A stretch of DNA of 47,657 bases, filler included, from Streblomastix strix (Eukaryota), in assembly GCA_008636045.1 (NCBI GenBank). It is 2 parts of 2 records of this genome, joined end to end, with 100 filler letters (N's around TTAATTAATTAA, not from the genome) between each part and the next. Parts side by side here need not be neighbours in the genome. Positions count along the whole stretch, not along the records: positions 1 to 23,787 come from SNRW01000261.1; 1 more part is not named here. The stretch is one strand, 5' to 3'. The translations under genes and the position numbers were made by a program. Below are positions 13,360 through 23,887 of the stretch, in pieces; positions within the stretch are counted from its first letter, which is position 1, and each line of letters opens with the position of its first letter. The notes below the pieces were generated by a model, which had not been told where the DNA came from, did not search any database, and was given only the letters and a program-made list of their open reading frames with translations.

Positions 13360-14990
13360 TCAAATATATTCTTTTTCTTTGCGTGCACGGAGGAAGTTAT
13401 CCATATTTTCAAGGGAATTGTATTGAGATTATCTCTTCTATATAATAATAAAAGAAAGAAAGTATAATAATAATAATAATTCGATTAAAAATAATTAATA
13501 ATATTATCTTATCATACCTTTTTATGGAGAACCAATAAGAATATAATAACACCAACAACAATAGCAACAAAAACTAATGATCCAACGGCAATGCCTGCAA
13601 TTGCACCATCACTCAGATAATCTTTAAATTTCATAATATTAAAACTTCCTTTAACCAATTTATTACGTTAATAAAAATATACATATTAGACTGAATTATG
13701 CTAAGCGTCAGACTTGCTTCCATTGAAAAAATACCATATCTTCTTGCGCGAATTTGCTTTTGTCCACTTATCAGTGGCCTCAAAAATCGTAATATATGCA
13801 TCTGATCCTATTTAATTATTTATTTAATTCTTGTTTTAGGAGAAATTATTATTAGAAAAGTCGATTTGTGTCAATCTATAAGATTCAAAGTTTAATACAC
13901 CAGAGAAAAATCCTGAGTTGTTAACGAACTAATTATTACTGATAATCAATGTGCTAAGTTACACCACAGTCTCATAATATAATTTTATAGCACCAACTGA
14001 TTAATATGATTAACAGTTCATAAATATATTTCTTGTTATAATCACACTTCTACCAAAGTATGAATCAATATTTAATGCTGGTCTTGAACCATGCATGAAA
14101 TTTATATCAGTAAACTCGCAGTCTTGGATCAAGATTTATCGATTATATGAATTTTATTGTATATATACTGCACCTTCGCCAGAAGATACAGAAGTGTTTG
14201 AGAATTTGCTGCTTTTAAGAATAACTTCGGAGCAATGATCAATATAAATAAAAGATTTAATTAATCTTTCATTTTATCCAATTCCTTTGAATATGCAATT
14301 CATTATTGAGGTACTGTTTGAATATTAAACATTTAGAAGATATGTATTATTATTGCTTTATCCAGAAATTGATTAGAATATGCAATTTTGAATTGTAATT
14401 GAATTGTTATACTTATCTTTATTACCAGCAAATACTAATTATGAGCTTGGATATATTGAAGAAATTGAACCATCGCTAAGGATAATGAAACGGAATTCAA
14501 AGTTGATGAGAGTGAGATTTCCAGTATTAAGTTGAATTATTTCTTCTCTAGCTGTATTAACCTACCAAATTGTTGGAGTTGTTTATGCATTCTATAGAAG
14601 TAAAAAATCATAAATTATATTTATAAGAAAATTTGAAATATGATAAAATAATTTAAATTAAAAACAATAAACCTTGATAATAATTGATGAATTTTAATCA
14701 ATCTTCAAATATTCTGTGTGCTCAGAATCAAGTAATATGATCTCGTAAACTTCATCAAGAGCACAAGGAACTGCAAGAGCTTCAGCGACTTAACTATACG
14801 CATCGGGATATGTTTAACTCACAAAAAAGCGACATGGGAGATTGGAATTTTGATTATGTGAAACTGCTGTTTGTGAAAGAAGATCTTGAATTTGAGATAG
14901 CGATGAAACAGTTGGAACAGATTGTGTGCTTTGCAAAGGTGTATCGTTTCCGAATGAAAGTACAGCTGTTAGCAATACAATAAAAAGCAT
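13360..14990 (-). CDS. Type I membrane/surface protein: signal peptide, pectin-lyase-like beta-helix ectodomain, C-terminal TM; 2 introns
   Basis: Starts MLFIVLLTAVLSFG (signal-like). Repeats such as ITIQNCIFQSI, SIMNCIFKGI, LKSSKFSNT, IQDCEFTDI, ITRNIFMNC and GAIK. TM segment LSDGAIAGIAVGSLVFVAIVVGVIIFLLVLHKK. GT..AG introns at ~14593-14672 and ~13438-13518; stop TGA at 13360-13362. Confidence 0.75.
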
Positions 14991-15389
14991 CTCTTATGAA
15001 AATTAAAAAAAAAAAATAAAAAAATTGAAAAAAAATTAAATAGCATATAAATGAGTTTATTTTGTATAATATAACATAATATTTGGATAGTAAGTAAAAA
15101 TTTTATGATATTTATAAATAATAAATCAATTGTTTAATTGCATCAAGAGTGTATTTTCGACTTTTAATTGCAAATGTCGGTACCTCCACCAGAGTGAAAA
15201 ATAATAATTTTAATGCTTAATTATGAATTAAGTATTTATGCGAAAGTATACAATATTTAAACAAAATATATTATGATGCACCTGGAGAAAAACGAATATT
15301 TGGACATTTTAAAAATTATTTTGAGCAATTATTTAATTTTAATTTTATTAGGCATGATAAATTAATTATATTTATTAAATTAAACGCTT

Positions 15390-15773
15390 TCATAAAGCTT
15401 CTATTTCCTCCATCACAAGTTATGCAGCTTTAAACGCCCAATGATTTGATTTCTTCTCACTCAGATCCATCACTTATTCAATTATTTATTTATTCAATTA
15501 AGTATTATCCATCTTCTTACCTCGGTACAGGTGAGCAAAGCACAGAGCTGAAATACATTTAGCTTTTGGAGTTCCGCTGCGAAATATCTTTGCAAACTGG
15601 TTAATTCCTCCAATTCTTTGCTTTTCATCAGATAAAGGGTGTGGAGCTCTAAGAGTGTCTTTCGATGCACCTGCAAAAAGAAGATTGAAAATAGTCGCTA
15701 TTCCATCTTGCACTATAATATCATCGTCATCAGACAGAAGACGAATAAGATCAGTGTGAATGAACATACTCAA
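15390..15773 (-). pseudogene. Armadillo/HEAT-like repeat protein, 3' fragment (5' end lost at the virus junction)
   Basis: HTDLIRLLSDDDDIIVQDGIATIFNLLFAGAS...PHP....QRIGGINQFAKIF....KCISALCFAHLYRGK...WAFKAAQLVMEEIEAL*. Helical ARM-like pattern; TGA at 15390-15392; no N-terminal part visible. Confidence 0.6.
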
Positions 15774-15797
15774 AAATAGTAGAATAACACATACAGC

Positions 15798-16805
15798 TTG
15801 AATATAAATAATGGTACAGATATATATAATTCTGCATTAAACTATCTCAATTTACGCTTGGATGCTATCTTATATCATTATTGTATAGTTGATCCTGATT
15901 TAGCAATAGTTTATAGATGTATTGGTCTAATGAGATTATATGAGCCAACAGGCAATAACTTCATAACATCAATCGAACCCCTGTAGGGTGCTGATTAGTC
16001 ATATAGCATTAATATAAGGTATAATTATGGGAAGTAGATAACATTAACTAATGGTAATTTAATTGAAACCGAAACTAACCCAATTAATATGTAATCATTA
16101 ACGATGCAATAAATTAGCAATAGCATTAATACATATCCCATTAGAATGATAAGCTCATTACCTGCATTAAACGTATAATAATGGAAGGATATATATACTG
16201 AATGCTAGCTATTAAATTAGTATGGGTAATATATTCAAACAATAGTTAATAAGTATAATAGCAAATCACATAACAGCATAGCTGCTGACATATATGCTTA
16301 AAATTGGTACGTTAATAGTATAGTATTATCTAACAACTTATACATATAATTAACAGGTGGACTAGATTTGTATGATGGTAATAACTAAAATAATGCTAAT
16401 CAATTGGCTAATATTACCTCTAATGAAAAGATAATCGACCTAGAATAATGGTATTATAAAACGAAATACAATTAATAGTCACTATTATCGGATATATCTA
16501 TCTTTTGCCCTTACATCGGTAATTTCTTAGAGTATCTTCAGATGCTAATTATATGCGTTGATAATCAAATGATGGGTTAAATAATGTAAACCATTAATAA
16601 CGTTGAGTTTTCGAATGTGTGTTATAAATAGAATCTAATAGGAGCACCTGTTCTTTGGGGTTAAAATATGCTATCACAAACTGGACTAATGGGTATGAAT
16701 AGATCCTTTGTATTTAAATTATACGATAATTTTGGACGTAGAATACCTAATTAGTTTATGGATATATATATCAATTTGCTATTAGAGTTGCAACATATTC
16801 AATGA
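15798..16805 (+). CDS. Putative minor capsid (penton)-like protein, 5'-truncated
   Basis: Open for 336 codons to TGA 16803-16805 and rich in N/I/Y. The C-terminus RSFVFKLYDNFGRRIPNQFMDIYINLLLEL resembles the hxhxhxDxxGxxh...hxhxhxh ending of Polinton pentons. The assignment rests on this motif and on context only. Confidence 0.5.
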
Positions 16806-17047
16806 TCAAACAGTTTGCTCAGACCATTGGTATGAAATTTTAGCGCTATTTAAATGGAGATTTTCAATTAGACTATGATAATAGTGCTTGAATCAGTCGG
16901 TATTAATTGGCATGAGCTATTCAAGAGTATATTCAACTTCGCTATCAAATATGCTTGCGAATCAAAGATATGCCAGTGAATCAAAGATTCATCCCGACTT
17001 GTCGAGTGGCTTTATTTTTGTATTTAAATGAATAAATTTATTAATGA
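16802..17047 (+). pseudogene. Small viral ORF with two in-frame TGA codons
   Basis: An ATGA overlap with the preceding stop. Reads MIKQFAQTIGMKFQRYLNGDFQLDYDNSA*ISRYQLA*AIQEYIQLRYQICLRIKDMPVNQRFIPTCRVALFLYLNEQIYQ*, with TGAs at 16889 and 16913. Confidence 0.45.
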
Positions 17048-18164
17048 CAATGCTTATGAAATGAATAAGCTGAGCTTGAAAGACATTGTAAATAGCTTGA
17101 ACAATTAATTCGAAACCAAATTTAAAACGATTGATTTAGAAAAATAATTCACATAAGGTATTGGATGGTCTAAGGTAAAACATGTTAAAACAATTGCTGA
17201 ATTATATAAGTAATACCTAGATTAATTTTAAGACTATCATATTCAATCAATTAAACAAAAATAGAAACATACATCAACAGTGATAGATGATGGCATAATT
17301 ATCCCATTCGATAAATAGAATAAGATAAAGGACTATAAATTAAAGCCATTAAAGCAATTCTATAGACCTTACTTCTCTAAATCACTAGGATCATGGGAGA
17401 TAGATATTGTATTCGATGGAAAGTAAGATTACCTATTTTGCATTAATATCAATATTAAATTTTTAGTTGTCTATGAGATAAAGAATAAAACATAATAGGA
17501 GATATTAAGGTGTCTCGATTAATTGATTAAATAGTAGCATGTAACTAATCTAAAGTCTGATGGAGAAAGCGCTATTGGAAGTAAAATGGTCCAAGATTTC
17601 TTATAGGCTCATCACATATAATACTTCATGAGTAAGTCTAAATTCACTAATAAAAATAGAGTAGTTGACAGAGTTATTCGTACCATTAGAGATGCTTTCA
17701 TTGTCAAAGATATGTCAGATCTTAAGTTAATGTAGTAGGTAGTTAAATTTTATAATGATAAGCCTCATACTGCATTTGAATTAAAGTATAGTCCATCATA
17801 GGTTAATAAAGATGAAGATTTGGGAAGTAAATATATATGATCATAAATGAAGAAGCTTAATGAGGTTTAATAATCATAGAGTTAATTAACAAAACTAACG
17901 AAGGGGAATATTATACTGATTCACCTTGAATTATCAAAGACATCTCATTAATTCAAAAAATAGCGTAGAAAATTTAATGAATTGGCAATATTCGAGAAGT
18001 ATTAGCATGGGAATATAATCTATAGGTTAATGAAACCATATAAGGATGTACAGTAAGTTGAAATACCTATTTACTTCGCTAAGAAGGTAAGTGATAATTT
18101 AGAAAACTTAGATGTTAAATATAAATAAAGTTTTTTACCTAATGAAAATGGAACCAAATAATGA
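17028..18164 (+). CDS. Retroviral-like (rve) integrase of Polinton type, one internal TGA
   Basis: RPYFSKSLGSWEIDIVF..YLFCININ (first D), KSDGES (second D), NRVVDRVIRTIRD (third acidic residue is D), FYNDKPHTAF..YSP. In-frame TGA at 17838-17840 (KYI*SQM); terminal TGA at 18162-18164. Confidence 0.9.
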
Positions 18165-18513
18165 ATAAAACAATGAAGAGGTTATTACTTAAAAACGTAA
18201 ATATGAAAGAAAAGAAGGTGTTAAATGTGGTAGACCTAAGAAATATAATACAATAGAAGAGACTAAAAATAAGGCAAGAGAATAACGAAGTGTGTTTAAA
18301 AAGAAGTAATATGTAATCTCTAAACAATTTAGATAAACAATCACCGAATTACAACGTACTGCTATTCGACAGATTTAAAAGGTGAAGCTAGATGAAACAG
18401 ATATAGTCACTATACTTAATATCCTTGATAAATATAAGCAAAAATAACTGAAATAGATAGAATAAAAATAAGACGAAACCAATATAGATGAAGATGCTCA
18501 GGCATTATTATGA
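18142..18513 (+). CDS. Small basic viral protein with AT-hook-like GRPKKY motif
   Basis: MKMEPNNEQ...KRKYERKEGVKCGRPKKYNTIEETKNKAREQR..., 123 aa, overlapping the 3' end of the integrase. Confidence 0.6.
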
Positions 18514-18728
18514 TTGTTATTTATTTTTTGCAATCTTTTATCCTCCAACATAGTCATCAATAATTGCACTGCTTCCTAACTGTTTGTTTATGCTTATTCA
18601 ATAATCTGTTTTAATTACTCCATCTTCAATCGCTTATTATATTAACGTAGAATGAATCGAAGCTCTATCGTTGGATCTGACTTAGTAGCTAAACAGAGTA
18701 ATGATGATAAGAATTAACTGTATTTCAT
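18498..18728 (-). CDS. Small hypothetical viral protein (76 aa)
   Basis: MKYSQFLSSLLCLATKSDPTIELRFILRQYNKRLKMEQLKQIIEQAQ...NA*. Fills the gap between flanking ORFs, and its stop overlaps the convergent ORF. Confidence 0.5.
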
Positions 18729-18761
18729 ATATTCTTAGACTTACATTTTTAGATAATTAAA

Positions 18762-19831
18762 ATGAGCTTATCAAACACATCAAAATAGAATTTATTGAAA
18801 ATTGCTGATAAAATTGGTCTTAGACGCTAAGAAAATGATACCAATGTTGTATTAAGAGATAAAATTTGTAATTATTTATCAAAATCATCATTTCATCGCA
18901 CAAGGATAGATTATATTAATGAATATGTTGATTAACACCATAAGTAACTAGCTTAACAATCAATGCAACAAATAAGATTAAATGATACTACATCATTCTA
19001 TGGTAAAAAAGATGACAGATTCAGTGATTATAGAAAAGAAAAATAAACATATAGTTCATTGAATGCAATTACAAGGAGATCAATAGCTTAGGATATAATG
19101 TATGATTAGATGAAAGTATAAATATTAGCAAAAAATACGATTAATAATTCAGTTGGAATAGGTGATCCTTCGTTAGTTGCTATATCTAATGTCAATGTGT
19201 AAATTGCCTAAGGTATATATAATTATAAAGATGTATAACCATATTAGAATTATAACGCATTATAAAATTAACCATAATAAGATATAGGAACTAGAGAGGA
19301 ACCAATAAATTAAAAAATGACTAGATAAATTACTCCTGAATAAGGAAATGAAAAATAGAAATAATAAGTGTATGAATAAGATAAGGAGTTTTAGACTATA
19401 AATGAATAAGAAGAATTAGGTAATGATGTATTACTTGGTGTACCACCTGCACCACCAATTATAGCACCTTAATCAACATAATAACCTTCATTGTTATAAG
19501 AATAATCAGATTAAATAAAATTGAAGACTTATAAGCATAATAAATGATCGATATGAATAGAGCAATGAATTATAAGCTTGGATCAATGGATTGGGGATTA
19601 AATTCAATTAATGCAACTCAATTTCCTCAGAAAAGTATAAGCATGAGAATTAATGATAAAACACCATCTTATATATAAATGAACAATGTTTTAACTAAAG
19701 CAGAGAAAGTAAATCAAGTTAAGCTTAAAAAGAACTTCATTAGCGAAAAATAATTGATTGCATAGATAGAGGCATAGAAAGAGCTTAAAAGGAAATACGA
19801 TAAAAAATTAAAGAAGAAGGGTAAAAAATGA
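18762..19831 (+). CDS. Hypothetical viral protein(s): 18762-19547 plus 19544-19831, or one frameshifted ORF
   Basis: MSLSNTSKQNLLKIADKIGLRRQEND... with a Q/E-rich linker and PPAPP, ending at TGA 19545-19547. The second frame (MIDMNRAMNYKLGSMDWG...KKLKKKGKK*) begins at an ATGA overlap and is also open further upstream. Confidence 0.55.
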
Positions 19832-19862
19832 ATTCACTGAGCAAAAATGCCCGCTGACGAAG

Positions 19863-22800
19863 TCAGTGACAGTCACTATAGCACTCACTTGTTAATCCAT
19901 GGATAAACGGTAGATAACTTTAACTATTTTTAAGCACTATCATCTTAGTTTATATACCAGTTTACGCATTCTTTGTCGATATCAACTTACTCATACAATA
20001 AATCTTTGACAGTTATCCTTCCGACAATTAATCAGCCTGTTGACCTAATCTCATGTTAGTTCTTTGTGTTATTTTTCCACTAACGATATTATCAATCATA
20101 TCCTATTTGTTTATATTATTCTATCGTATATTAACTCCATTTAGTTTAATTACATCAGTCAGCTAATTACGTTTGAATGTATGTATATAGTAATTTTTGG
20201 GAGCTAATGCAAACATCTCATCTCCTTCATTTTCGATAGATAAACCTAGAAATTTCTTCTCATCCTATTTGTCTCCATCAATCGTTGGAAAGAAGTATTT
20301 TGCGTTAGTGTCATAGAACTATTGGTCCTTGATAACATATTTGAATCTTTGATGTAAATTATCTTCATATGCTTAGCGGAGCTCAGACCAAAGGTCTTTT
20401 TGAGCCTAGATAATCGAAGATTCTGACTCCAAAGGAGTAACTCGTAGAGTATATGCTTATTAATTTGTATCATTGAGTATAACTTATTTGTCGCTATCAG
20501 TTACATTGCTGGCGGCTTTACCGCAATTTACCCAATAAGCTGAATCAGTATCTCCTTCCACGAAATGAAGCTTCGTCATATCCAAGCATTTATACGTGAA
20601 ATTATATATGAAATTAAGATACCAATACTTAGTATTATCTAGTGTAAAATAAGCTACTTATAAACATTTATTACACCTGCAATTCTTTGGATTAAATTGA
20701 ACTGCATAAAGGTTATCAGCTAATTTATGATCATTCATCCATGATTACTTGGTATGTGCTTCTACTGTCTTCTCTTTAGTAAGTAGTTTGATCTTGTTAT
20801 ATTTTTCAGTATTCATACCATCAGATCCATAAGAAGCGTTTAATATCATCTTACAAAATTTATCCAAACCACTATTTTTATCCTTGATAGCTTCAATGCG
20901 TTTATTCATGAACTCATTAACGAAAGCATTAAATTTGGTACGCTTATCGAATGTAACTAATTGTTTATTATCATCGATAATAAAATGACAATCATCAATT
21001 AAGAACCTTAAGTAATAAGAGCTAAAGGTCATACATTAATTGTGAGTAGATAATAATTGAGTTAATTTCCTTTCTTGCTTATCAGTTTTAACTCCTGCTT
21101 ATTACATCTAGTCATACATATATTACCCGATAACTGATTTGCTTGATTAGTATGATAAGTTGCGAATTATTGGGGGGAAATTAATGAAATCATTAATGTA
21201 GTTCTCATCAATGTGTCCCTTCAGTTACACAATGAATAGCTATCCTTTGTCAGTGAATCGATCAGCTGAGTGGATTATTTTTCTCGATTAGATTGGGTCA
21301 TTAATTACACCTGTTACTGATCCACACATAAACATAATACCGTTAGTGTACTTGTTAAAGTTATGTTATTACGATGAGAAGCAACTGGGGTATAATGAGT
21401 TAAAATCAACACCACAGATATGGGTAATAGTATGATTGGTATTGATTACTGTCACAGTTTTATTGGTCTCTTTATAATAATATCGTTTCATTGTGTCGAT
21501 ATTGGCACGATTATATCGGTGCATTACATTTGATAGTCCACCTGTAATAATACGCCTTATGAGTTAATATACTTCATCATTGACTATAGTTTAGGAAAGA
21601 TGATTAATGCTACAGTATCTACGGAGTTGAATAAATAGCTTCTTTACCTTCTCATCCTTATCTGATTTATATCTATTGCAATATATGCAACAGGGTTAGC
21701 AGTTTGATTTAATATGAGGGAGTTTACTATCAATTCTATCTAGAGTAGGCTTATTATCCATCGCAAATTTATCACCACAAATAACACAATTAGATGTATC
21801 GAATAGATCCTTATAGTATTCATAGTCGTTAATCGTCACATTATTGTTAGTCTTTCTATGCTTCTATTTATCTTATATGTTATATCCTACGACTTTATAA
21901 TTCTAATAGCTTTGAGATAGAGTGAATGATTTTGATTTAGATTATGTCTGAGGATAATTAACGTTAAGATCGAAATCTTTGTAAGCTATAGCATATTTAA
22001 TAGCATTTGCATTAGCGGCAAGGCTCATGAAACTAAGCATATCGACATTGTATTAATAGAATCAATTAATGAGATTGTCTAACGGTTATATCATTATCTA
22101 GGTATCTAATTCATTATAGTGTTACAGATAGTCCCATCGTGTAGCGTAATTCTAAGCATCACTGAGATATTGTAAGTAATCACCATCTGACATAGTCTTA
22201 TTTTTGAGTTGTGAATCGAATGCTTTAATTGAGAAGGGTTATGATTTGATTAGCTCTTAATTATAATTATCATGTGTAATACCTTCATATGGAAATAGCC
22301 CTTTTGATTCATTGTCTTTGTTACCGAAATCCTTAGCGAAACTAGCTAAATCTGTAGGCTAAGTGTAGTTCATTGCATCGATAAAATTGATCTATTATTT
22401 AGTCTATTTATGTTCAACTACTATCTGCTTACCATATCCATAGCTACGAATGAAACTTTAAATAGTCCATTTATCATTATGCAAGTATTTAGAGAATAAG
22501 GCTTAATCGAATCTTCTAGAGTTGAACCCGATAATTGATACGTTTTATTTGTAAGGAATCTTATCATCATCATAATTATTGTCTATTGAAACTTGTTTAG
22601 CCTCTTCGAATACCTACTCTATCCACTATGTTATAAAATTATCTCCTTAACGTAAGTCATAATATATGGTCTTTAATGCTGTATCTCCAAATGGTGTTGC
22701 TATCTTCTTATATTAATCATCATTGTTATAGTACTCCTTCCATTTAAGTTTGATAGTTGATGCAACTGATAGAGGTTCTAATACTGAGATCCATTAGCTG

Positions 22801-23787
22801 TTACGAATGTTCTGATCATTTTTATTGATAGATTTACCAAAATAGGTATTAATTTTACACTCTATTGTTTCAAAATCATATGTAATGTAATACTATGTAG
22901 GTGTAAACTATTGAGTCGCATTGTTCGCTAATAGATACGCATAAGTTTCATTTCGTTAGATATGAGGGACATATGGGAATGGTTATTCATCTAGTTTTAC
23001 CTTCTTAATTATTTTACCGTTATTAATCTTATATTAACTAACATGCTATTAATAGTCTCTTTTATAATGATCATCCCTAGGATCAAATGATTGTTAATAA
23101 CAGTGTGGACAGTATTTTTATCTCGTTAATCCATCTGTACTAGTTACATAGAATACATGATAAATGCCTTAATTTTCATTGGTATCTGAAACTAGTAGAA
23201 TGTTAAATGTTGGAAGGTTTTCAACCGTTGGTTCATCTTATTATAATTCAGAGTTGTCTTCAATTCTAATGTTCTTAATCTTATTGTTTTATTTTCTCTC
23301 ACCTAAGTAATAGAATTTACCATCATTATCGTAATAGAATATATTAACATTAATCATCTTCTTAATAATGAATTTATTCAACTCGTCAACTACATCAAAT
23401 CCTTTATAAGCAGTGATGAATGTATCGTATTACTTCTTCGTTAGATTATAGAATTCACACATCTATTTTTTAGCTTTACATCTAATTTGATAGGTGATAC
23501 TTTACCATTAGCTTTTAATAACTACATAGCATAAGCTAACCAGAAGCAATTATTCCAATCGCTAACTTGATAGAATAGTTACATTCTATGTGATTTATAA
23601 TGCTATTCAACTAGCTCTTTCATACATAAACCAGCTAATGGAAATCGACTAACTCTCACTATCATTGAATATATGCCAATGTATCTATATTTAGTTGATT
23701 CAGTTATTTGAAAGTCTTACATCTCGACTATACAGCTTTTAATGTATAATTTATACTTTGCTATTGTCTCTTAATTTGTTATCATAG
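19863..23787 (-). CDS. Protein-primed family B DNA polymerase (pPolB), disrupted, 5' end cut by gap
   Basis: Exo I YITYDFET (~22870), Exo II IGFNSRRFD (~22520), Exo III YNELD (~22110), motif A DFNSLYPS (~21390-21407), motif B KMILNASYG (~20830-20852), motif C EGDTDS (~20545), LAPKNY. Embedded CYLC..PTLDRID...H..SNC..CC..CN HNH/endoVII-like segment at ~21670-21790. In-frame TGA at 22062-22064; apparent frameshifts at ~23450-23600. Confidence 0.93.
20367..20459. repeat. 75-bp multi-hairpin insertion flanked by 9-bp direct repeat ATATGCTTA
   Basis: ATATGCTTA at 20367-20375 and 20451-20459. Between them lie AGACC-AAA-GGTCT, AATC-GAA-GATT, ACTCC-AAA-GGAGT and ACTC-GTA-GAGT. Confidence 0.85.
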
Positions 23788-23887
23788 NNNNNNNNNNNNN
23801 NNNNNNNNNNNNNNNNNNNNNNNNNNNNNNNTTAATTAATTAANNNNNNNNNNNNNNNNNNNNNNNNNNNNNNNNNNNNNNNNNNNN
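23788..23887. other. Artificial contig joiner (N44-TTAATTAATTAA-N44)
   Basis: Symmetrical N runs around a 12-mer that places standard-code stops in all six frames; 100 bp in total. Confidence 0.97.

Larger units (their letters stand above)
15780..23787. mobile_element. Polinton/Maverick-like endogenous virus (partial, decaying)
   Basis: Intronless, tightly packed or overlapping ORFs, including an rve integrase, a protein-primed PolB and a putative penton. Internal TGAs and frameshifts are present. The right end is cut by the contig gap and no terminal inverted repeat is visible. Confidence 0.88.

Noticed and set aside
15778..15782. AGTAG resembling a Polinton terminus
   Set aside because: Too short, lies within an open viral frame, and no TIR or TSD accompanies it.
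23788..23887. Palindromic TTAATTAATTAA between N runs, suggesting linkage of the virus to the housekeeping cluster
   Set aside because: Artificial contig joiner; adjacency across it has no biological meaning.
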